A DNA stretch of 64,000 nucleotides from NCBI GenBank assembly GCA_963743525.1, contig CAVUQH010000003.1:416001-480000 (forward strand), written 5' to 3'. The DNA is from an uncultured delta proteobacterium. GTDB lineage: Bacteria; Myxococcota_A; Polyangia; Haliangiales; Haliangiaceae. How positions within the stretch are numbered: position 1 is the first letter of the stretch; each line of letters starts with the position of its first letter. A program made the position numbers and the translations under genes. Below, piece after piece: positions 57,539 to 64,000 of this stretch. The notes beneath the pieces were generated by a model. It saw nothing but the letters and a program-made list of their open reading frames with translations. It was not told the DNA's origin and did not search any database.

Positions 57539-59961
57539 AGCGGGCGCAGCGACGCGCGCGCCGGGTAGCTGCGGCCGGCGATGTCGATGCTCCAGTCGCC
57601 GGAGTCGATCCACGCCTTGGTGATCGGCTCGTCGGCTTCGATCATGGCCAGGCCGACGGCGCCGCCCAGGGTGTGGCCGTACGACGCCGCGCGCATGTAG
57701 CCGAGCGGAACGCCGTCGCGGTGGACGATCTCGCCGTGGAACATCAGTGGCTCGGGGTCGGTGACCAGCAGCTGCAAGAGGCGCTTCTTCAGCGGGCCGG
57801 CCGCCTTCTGCGCCAGCACCGCGTCGCGGCCGATGAAGCCGCCCGGCTTGTCGAGGTCGACGGCGAAGCCGAGCCCGGCCTCGAGCACGGTATCGGTGTT
57901 GTCGATGTCGTGGCCGTAGTCGCGGTAGCCCTTCTCGAGGCGCAGGCTGGCCAGCGCCTTGAGCCCGGCGTGGACCAGCCCGACCTGCTCGCCGGCGGCG
58001 ACCAGCCGCTCGTAGACGTGCATCGCCTGCTCGGTGGGGATGTACAGCTCGTAGCCGAGCTCGCCCAGATAGGTGATGCGAATGCACAGGACGCGGGCGA
58101 AGCCGACGTCGATCTCGCGGGCGCAGCGGAATGGGAACGCCCGGTTGGACAGATCGGCGCTGGTCACCGCCGCAAGCAGCTCGCGCGAGCGCGGCCCCTG
58201 CACGTTGATCTGCGCGTAGCCGCTGGTCACGTCGGTGACGAAGGCGTGCCGATCGCCCAGGTGGCGCTTCATCCACGCCGCCGCGTGGCCGTGCGCGGTA
58301 TCGGAGGCGACCACCAGGTAGTCGCCGTCGTCGAGCTTGGTCACGGTCAGGTCGGCTTCGATCGTGCCGAGTCGGTTCAACCACTGGGTGTACGTGATCA
58401 TTCCCGGCTCGCCGTCGACGCGGTTGGCCGAGATCTGCTCGAGGAACCGGCCGGCGTCGCGGCCCTGCACCCGGAACTTGGCCATGAACGACATGTCCAT
58501 GACGATGACGCCCTCGCGCGCAGCGCGGTGCTCGGCCGCCCAGTAGGGGAACCAGTGCTGGCGCCCCCACGACAGCTGTCCGACCTCGGGCTCGACGCCC
58601 GGCGGCGCGTACCAGTCGGGCGACTCCCAGCCGCTGACGTCGCGAAAGTGCGCCCGCTGTCGGGCCAGCCGATCGTGCAGCGCCGAGCGCTTGGCGCCGC
58701 GCGCGGTCTGCAGCGACCGCGTCGGGTAGTGGCACTGGTAGACCATGCCCAGCGACTCGACCGTGCGCGTGCGCCGGTAGTCGGGGTTGGCCTGATACGG
58801 GTGCAGCCGGGCGATGTCGAAGCCGGTGACGTCGACGTCGGGCTCGCCCTCGATGATCCAGTGGGCCAGGACGCGCCCCAGCCCGCCGCCGGTGAGGATG
58901 CCGATCGAGTTCATGCCCGCGGCGACGAAGTAGTTGGCCAGCTCCGGCGCCTCGCCGACGATCGGCTGCAGATCGGGGGTGAAGCTCTCGGGGCCGCAGA
59001 AGAACTTCTTGACCCCGGTCTCCATGGAGATCGGCACGCGGGCCATCGCCTTTTCCAGGTACGGGGTCATCCGATCCCAATCCGGCGGCAGCGAGCCGAA
59101 CGAGAAGTCGTCGGGCACGCCCTCGACCTTCCACGGCGCGCAGACCGGCTCGAACAGGCCGATCATCAGCCCGCCGACCTCCTCGCGGAAATAGCCGTAC
59201 GAGCCCGGATCCTCGAGCACGGGCCACGACGAGCTCAGCTCGGGGATGCGCTCTGTGATCAGGTAGTAGTGCTCGGCCGACTGCAGCGGGATGTTCACGC
59301 CCGAGCGCGCGCCCAGCTGGCGCGCCCACATGCCGGCGCAGTTGACGACGTACTCGCACTCGATGTCGCCCTGCTCGGTACGCACGCCGGTGACCCGACC
59401 GTTGTGGTGGAGGACGTCGACCGCCGCGCAGCCCTCGACGATGCGCGCGCCCTGCAGGCGCGCCCCTTTGGCCAGCGCCATGGTCACGTCGACCGGGTTG
59501 GCGCGGCCGTCCTCCTTTACATAGAAGCCGGCCAGCACGTCGTCGGTGCGCGCCAGCGGAAACAGCTCGGCGACCTCGGCCGGCGAGATCTCGTGCACGT
59601 CCACGCCGCACAGCCGGTTGAACGCCGACACCCGCCGGTACTCCTCCAGCCGGTCGGGCTCGGTCGCCACCTCGATGAAGCCGGTGGCCTTGAAGCCGGT
59701 CGCCTGTCCGGTCTCGGCCTCGAGCCGGTCGTACAGCTCGCGGGTGTAGATGCGCATCCGCGTTGACGTCTCCGAGAACGAGCCGAACGACACGATCAGC
59801 CCGGCCGCGTGCCAGGTAGTGCCGCAGGTCAGCTGGTCGCGTTCGAGCAGCACGACGTCGTTCCAGCCCATGTGGGCAAGGTGATAGGCGACGGAGCATC
59901 CGATGATGCCGCCGCCGATGATGACGACGCGGGCGCGGTCGGGGGGCTGCGCGGGGGACAT
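57505..59961 (-). CDS. FAD-dependent GcvT-family amine dehydrogenase (sarcosine/dimethylglycine dehydrogenase-like)
   Basis: IIGGGIIG, GTTWHAAG, GPESFTPD, GWE.P.W, TYLGELGYELY, LRLEKGY. Confidence 0.93.
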   Translation of the reverse strand: MSPAQPPDRARVVIIGGGIIGCSVAYHLAHMGWNDVVLLERDQLTCGTTWHAAGLIVSFGSFSETSTRMRIYTRELYDRLEAETGQATGFKATGFIEVATEPDRLEEYRRVSAFNRLCGVDVHEISPAEVAELFPLARTDDVLAGFYVKEDGRANPVDVTMALAKGARLQGARIVEGCAAVDVLHHNGRVTGVRTEQGDIECEYVVNCAGMWARQLGARSGVNIPLQSAEHYYLITERIPELSSSWPVLEDPGSYGYFREEVGGLMIGLFEPVCAPWKVEGVPDDFSFGSLPPDWDRMTPYLEKAMARVPISMETGVKKFFCGPESFTPDLQPIVGEAPELANYFVAAGMNSIGILTGGGLGRVLAHWIIEGEPDVDVTGFDIARLHPYQANPDYRRTRTVESLGMVYQCHYPTRSLQTARGAKRSALHDRLARQRAHFRDVSGWESPDWYAPPGVEPEVGQLSWGRQHWFPYWAAEHRAAREGVIVMDMSFMAKFRVQGRDAGRFLEQISANRVDGEPGMITYTQWLNRLGTIEADLTVTKLDDGDYLVVASDTAHGHAAAWMKRHLGDRHAFVTDVTSGYAQINVQGPRSRELLAAVTSADLSNRAFPFRCAREIDVGFARVLCIRITYLGELGYELYIPTEQAMHVYERLVAAGEQVGLVHAGLKALASLRLEKGYRDYGHDIDNTDTVLEAGLGFAVDLDKPGGFIGRDAVLAQKAAGPLKKRLLQLLVTDPEPLMFHGEIVHRDGVPLGYMRAASYGHTLGGAVGLAMIEADEPITKAWIDSGDWSIDIAGRSYPARASLRPLYDPRMERVRW

Positions 59962-60125
59962 GGCTCCGCAGCATACTCGGGCGATCCCGCCGATTCGACC
60001 CCGACCTCTGGAAGGGAACCAACGTTGTGGAAACGCGCTGCCCGGCCGGAACCCGGTTGCGCCGCGGGTCGTCCAGCCGGCGAAAGGTCGCGATGGCGTT
60101 GTTCGAGTCGTGTAGCATCAGGGCC

Positions 60126-60828
60126 GTGCCGAAGCCCTGGCTGTGGGGGGTGGTTGCGGTGTCGCTGCTCGGTTCCGGTCGCGCGGCGGCGGAGCCGACG
60201 CGGCACGAGGGGTTGCTCGTGCCCACGGCCTACGCGCTGCGGGACGGCACCATCGCGCTGACGAGTCGCGATCTGGTCGTGCTCGGCGCCGGCATGGGCA
60301 TCGCCGACCGCCTGGAGCTATCCGCGGCCGTCGCGCCGCCGCCGCTGCCGATGAACGGCGGCTGGATCAGCGCCAAGGTGGTGGCGTGGCAGCGGCCGCG
60401 CTATCGCATCGCCGTCCACGGCCTGGGGATCTTGTTCCGCGACACCGTTGACACCGACACCCACGATCCGTTCAACCATGTGGATCGGCGGCGGCGGCGC
60501 GCTGCTCACCGTCTGCCTCGACGCGGCGTGCACGAGCCTGGTCACGGCGGGGGGCTATCTCGCCGACAGCACCGAACGCGGCCCCTATGCCGTGCCGGTG
60601 GCGACGATCTCGGTGCCGTTGCATCGCCACCTCTCGCTCGTCGCCGATGTGGTGGGCGCGCTGGCCCTGTTCCAGGCTCCACTGTACGAATGGCGCGACG
60701 ATCCGCACGCCTTCGCCGGCGTCGGGCTGCGCCTGGTCGGCGGGCGGTTCAGTGTCGACCTCGGGGTCATGGACCAGTTGACCGGTTCCGTGCGGCTGCC
60801 GATCCTCAACGCCACCGCCGTCTTCTAG
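60126..60828 (+). CDS. Secreted or outer-membrane beta-strand hypothetical protein; +1 frameshift at about 60471
   Basis: Signal peptide; PTAYALRDG; frames join if GTTCAAC (60470-60476) reads GTCGAC; ends in Phe. Confidence 0.65.
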
Positions 60829-60861
60829 GCCGGCGCAACGCCGCGGCCCGCCCTGTGCCGT

Positions 60862-62037
60862 CTAGCGGTTGCGGCCCAGCTCGCGCAGTCGCCGGTGGGC
60901 TTCGGCGTAGCCACCGTCGGCGCCGTCGATGAAATGCACGTGGTCGGTCTGGCGGTCGTAGACGATGCAGGTCATGAGCGCGGCATCCGAGGTGTGGATG
61001 CCGTAGCGCAGGGAACCCGCCCGATACTCCTGCTCGAGGAACGCCTGGAGCGCGTCCAGCTGCTCGGTCGTGAGGTTGACGACCATGCGCAGCATGCCGT
61101 CGAACTTCCGGTAGTCGGACCGCTCCGTGACCGACTTGCGGTAGGCCGGCCCGTCGAACGAGCCCAGTCGCTTGCCCCGGCGCATCAGTGACGCGCCGAT
61201 GCCGGTGATCAGTCGGGTGCGCCGGCGGTAGAGCGCGTAGCGGAGGCCGCCCGGCGCGCGGGTCTGCAGCGCGGCCTCGGCGTCGAGATCGTGGAGCTGG
61301 TCGGTCAGGATGGCGTTGTCTTCGCCGATCGGCTTGATGATCTGATCGTCGGCGAGCTGGCGGAGGTTCTCCAGCACCCGGCGGTAGGTGGCGTTCTCCT
61401 CCGCCGGCGACGTCGCGGTGGCGGCGACCAGGATGCTCGCCATGGTTCCGTGTCGCGACTTCAGCGGCCGCCAGCGGCAGTGCAGCCCCTTGAAGCTGGC
61501 GCGCATCGGTGGCGGCTCCTCGCTGACCACCGAGATCTGCGGGCCGAGCACGGGATCCTTGAGGCGGCGCACCGCCTCGTTGACGCCCCGCCCGGCGAAC
61601 ATGGCGAGGTCCAGCTCCGGGGCGACCCGATAGCGGCCCACGCGGAGCTCGAACCCCTCGTCGCGCAGGGCGGCGACGGCCATCGTTCCCGCCCGCAGCT
61701 CCAGGCCGAACAGCTGCCGTGCCAGCCAGGCCAGCTCGTTCAGCGCGCCCTGCACGGCAGCGAGGTGTTCGTCGGGAACCAGCAGGATCGCGCCGTCGCC
61801 ACCGAAGCAGTAGGGAATCCGGGCCTGCCCGCAGGCGTTCCGCGCCCCGGCGATGGAGGCGGCGCCGATCAGATTCACGTCCTTGTAGCGCCCCTCTTCG
61901 ATGGCCTCGGTCGAGCCGCGGATGTCGGTGACCGCGATGTGCCAGCCCGACGGCGCCGGGGCGAAGTGACGTTCCTCCGTGATCCCGAGGAAGTCCTCGA
62001 ACGGCTCGAGCTTGTCGAAGAAGTCCGCCGCGCCCAC
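60862..62037 (-). CDS. DUF3095 family protein
   Basis: P.GW…TDIRGST.AI..GRYKDVN, FGGDGA, GLHCRW, DYRKFDG.LRM, ALMTC, HFIDGADGGY. Confidence 0.88.
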   Translation of the reverse strand: MGAADFFDKLEPFEDFLGITEERHFAPAPSGWHIAVTDIRGSTEAIEEGRYKDVNLIGAASIAGARNACGQARIPYCFGGDGAILLVPDEHLAAVQGALNELAWLARQLFGLELRAGTMAVAALRDEGFELRVGRYRVAPELDLAMFAGRGVNEAVRRLKDPVLGPQISVVSEEPPPMRASFKGLHCRWRPLKSRHGTMASILVAATATSPAEENATYRRVLENLRQLADDQIIKPIGEDNAILTDQLHDLDAEAALQTRAPGGLRYALYRRRTRLITGIGASLMRRGKRLGSFDGPAYRKSVTERSDYRKFDGMLRMVVNLTTEQLDALQAFLEQEYRAGSLRYGIHTSDAALMTCIVYDRQTDHVHFIDGADGGYAEAHRRLRELGRNR

Positions 62038-62072
62038 GAGGCTGTAGAGTACCGCACTCGCCGCCGGCCCCG

Positions 62073-62180
62073 CTGTTGGCAACCGACAACAGTGCCCGGC
62101 CTCCCGCTGATGGCTGCGGCCAACGGCGAGCTGCCTGCTGGGCCGCGCCGGCGCCCGATCTCGCGGGCACGTCGCTTGCT
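62073..62180 (+). promoter_or_regulatory. Sigma54 promoter with upstream palindrome (candidate activator site)
   Basis: GGCACGTCGCTTGCT (GG 62166-62167, N10, GC 62178-62179); CTGTTG-N8-CAACAG at 62073-62092. Confidence 0.65.
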
Positions 62181-62193
62181 TCGAGCCGGCATC

Positions 62194-63693
62194 ATGCACG
62201 CGGGAGATCTGCTTTCGGCGCGCGCCGAGCTGACGCCCGACCGCGAGGCGTTGCTGGAGCGGGCCACCGGGCGGCGTTTCTCGTACGGCGAGCTCAACCA
62301 GCGGGCCAATCGCATCGCCCACGTGCTCCGCGATCGCTGTGGGATCGGTGCCGGCGACCGGGTCGCCATGCTGGCGCACAACTGCGTCGAGTATGTGGAG
62401 CTGCTCTACGCCGCCGGCAAGATCGGCGCCGTACTGGTGCCGCTGAACTGGCGCCTCACCCCGGTCGAGCTGGCCCACATCGTCGGCGACTGCGAGCCAG
62501 CGGTCATCGTCGCCGGGCCCGAGCTCGCCGAGGTTGCGGCCACGCTGCGCGCGCAGTGCGGCGTCGCTCACCTCATTACCATCGGCGGAGGTGACCTCGA
62601 CGACAGCCTCGACTGGGACCGGGCCACCGCCGCCGCCAGCGCCGGCGAGCCCGAGCGGCCGCCCCTCGACGGCGACACGCCTCACTGCATCATGTACACC
62701 AGCGGGACCACCGGCCGGCCCAAGGGGGCGATCATCCCCCACCGCCAGGTGCTGTGGAACTGCATCAACACGGCCGTCGGCTTCGGTCTCAGCGAGGCCG
62801 ACGTCACCCCGGTGTTCACCCCGCTGTTCCACGCCGGCGGGCTGTTCGCGTTCCTGACTCCGGTGCTCTATCTCGGCGGGCGGGTGATCCTCGGCCGCAC
62901 CTTCAGCGGCGGCCCGGATCTGCTGACCATCGAGCGCGAACGCTGCACCGTGGTGCTGGGCGTGCCCACCATCTTTCGCATGTGGCGCGACAGCCCCGAA
63001 TACCAGACCGCCGACTTCGGTCACGTTCGCTACTTCATCAGCGGCGGCGCGCCCTGTCCCGCGCCGCTGATGCAGGGCTGGCGCGACGAGAAGCGGGTGG
63101 TCTTTCGCCAGGGCTACGGTCTCACCGAGGTCGGTCCCAACTGCTTTGCCATGACCAACCGGGACTCGGTCGCCAGGGCGGGCTCGGTGGGCAAACCGAT
63201 GTTCCACACCCGCGCCGCGCTGTTGGGCGGCGGCGACGTCGGCGAGCTGCTCCTCGCCGGCCCCCACGTCTGCAGCGGCTACTGGCGCAATCCCCGAGCC
63301 ACCGCCGCGGCGATTCGCGACGGCTGGTTCCACACCGGCGACATCGCCCGCCGCGACGCCGACGGCTTCTACTACATCGCCGGGCGCGAGAAAGAGATGA
63401 TCATCAGCGGCGGCGAAAACGTCTACGCCGCCGAGGTCGAGGCGGTGTTCAACGACCACCCCGACGTCGCCGAGTCGGCGCTGATCGGCGAGCCGGACGA
63501 GCGCTGGGGCGAGGTCGGCGTGATGGTGGTGATCGCGCGCCGGGAGGTGTCGGAAGAGACGCTGCTGGCGTTCTGCGGCCAGCGCCTGGCTCGCTACAAG
63601 ATTCCCAAGCGGGTGGTGTTCGCCGGCGACTTCCCCCGCACCGCTCTGGGCAAGCCGGTGAAGCCCGAGCTGCAGAAGCTGTACAGCCGATGA
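62194..63693 (+). CDS. Acyl-CoA synthetase / AMP-binding enzyme (MenE/FadD-like)
   Basis: YTSGTTGRPKG, PLFH, GYGLTE, WFHTGD, IISGGENVY, GK. Confidence 0.93.
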   Translation: MHAGDLLSARAELTPDREALLERATGRRFSYGELNQRANRIAHVLRDRCGIGAGDRVAMLAHNCVEYVELLYAAGKIGAVLVPLNWRLTPVELAHIVGDCEPAVIVAGPELAEVAATLRAQCGVAHLITIGGGDLDDSLDWDRATAAASAGEPERPPLDGDTPHCIMYTSGTTGRPKGAIIPHRQVLWNCINTAVGFGLSEADVTPVFTPLFHAGGLFAFLTPVLYLGGRVILGRTFSGGPDLLTIERERCTVVLGVPTIFRMWRDSPEYQTADFGHVRYFISGGAPCPAPLMQGWRDEKRVVFRQGYGLTEVGPNCFAMTNRDSVARAGSVGKPMFHTRAALLGGGDVGELLLAGPHVCSGYWRNPRATAAAIRDGWFHTGDIARRDADGFYYIAGREKEMIISGGENVYAAEVEAVFNDHPDVAESALIGEPDERWGEVGVMVVIARREVSEETLLAFCGQRLARYKIPKRVVFAGDFPRTALGKPVKPELQKLYSR

Positions 63694-64000
63694 ACAGACC
63701 CGAACCCACGCGCAGCGGCTACGAGGAGTTCGCCGGCGACGGCGTGCGCATCCACTGGGACTACTTCGGTCGCGGCGAGCGCGAGGTGATCGTGTTCCTC
63801 AACGGGCTGGGCATGCTCACCGAGTCCTGGTACACGTCCGTGCCCCAGGTGCACCCGGAGTTCGACGTGCTGCTGTTCGACTACCCCGGGCAGGGCAAGT
63901 CGACCCGCGACGACGCGCCGCGATCGATCCCGCGCCTGTGTGACTACCTGGCCGCGATCCTCGATCGGCTGGCCATCGACCGCGTCCACACCCAGGGCGT
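63690..64000 (+). CDS. Alpha/beta hydrolase, 5' part, runs off the window
   Basis: ATGA overlap; VFLNGLGM..ESW, LLFDYPGQGKS. Confidence 0.85.
   Translation, partial: MNRPEPTRSGYEEFAGDGVRIHWDYFGRGEREVIVFLNGLGMLTESWYTSVPQVHPEFDVLLFDYPGQGKSTRDDAPRSIPRLCDYLAAILDRLAIDRVHTQG

Noticed and set aside
59962..60125. Glycine or THF riboswitch before the GcvT-family gene
   Set aside because: No recognisable aptamer motifs, and the gene appears leaderless.

Overview
A very GC-rich bacterial chromosomal window. Gene content (Cys-rich lipoproteins, tandem-FHA protein, TSP3/OmpA protein, Ser/Thr kinase-AAA fusion) points to Myxococcota, probably Haliangium/Kofleriaceae-like; this is inference. About 55 CDS were called; I saw no rRNA, tRNA, CRISPR array, integrase or transposase. 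Core genes include ftsK, lolA, gpmI, ftsE-ftsX-envC-like-ctpA and psuG. A B12 island (cobT-like, ABC importer, class II RNR nrdJ with tandem NrdR boxes and DnaA boxes, cobalamin riboswitch, TonB receptor and lipoprotein) spans about 25.9-37.0 kb. Main observations: (1) two coupled M18 aminopeptidase lipoprotein genes have complementary losses, one keeping only the trans-acting His loop and the other only the metal ligands, suggesting an obligate hetero-oligomeric peptidase; (2) substitutions and frameshifts recur at GTCGAC/GTNNAC, most likely long-read errors at a methylated motif, and explain most apparent pseudogenes; (3) a ~163-nt rod-like hairpin with strand-biased G-U pairs, plus similar folds in other intergenic regions; (4) about 17 genes have TAnnnT 6-8 nt before the start codon, consistent with leaderless mRNAs; (5) a lipoprotein subclass B1 metallo-beta-lactamase; (6) an Omp85 barrel coupled to a kinase-like lipoprotein. 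All calls were made by eye from motifs; no searches were run.
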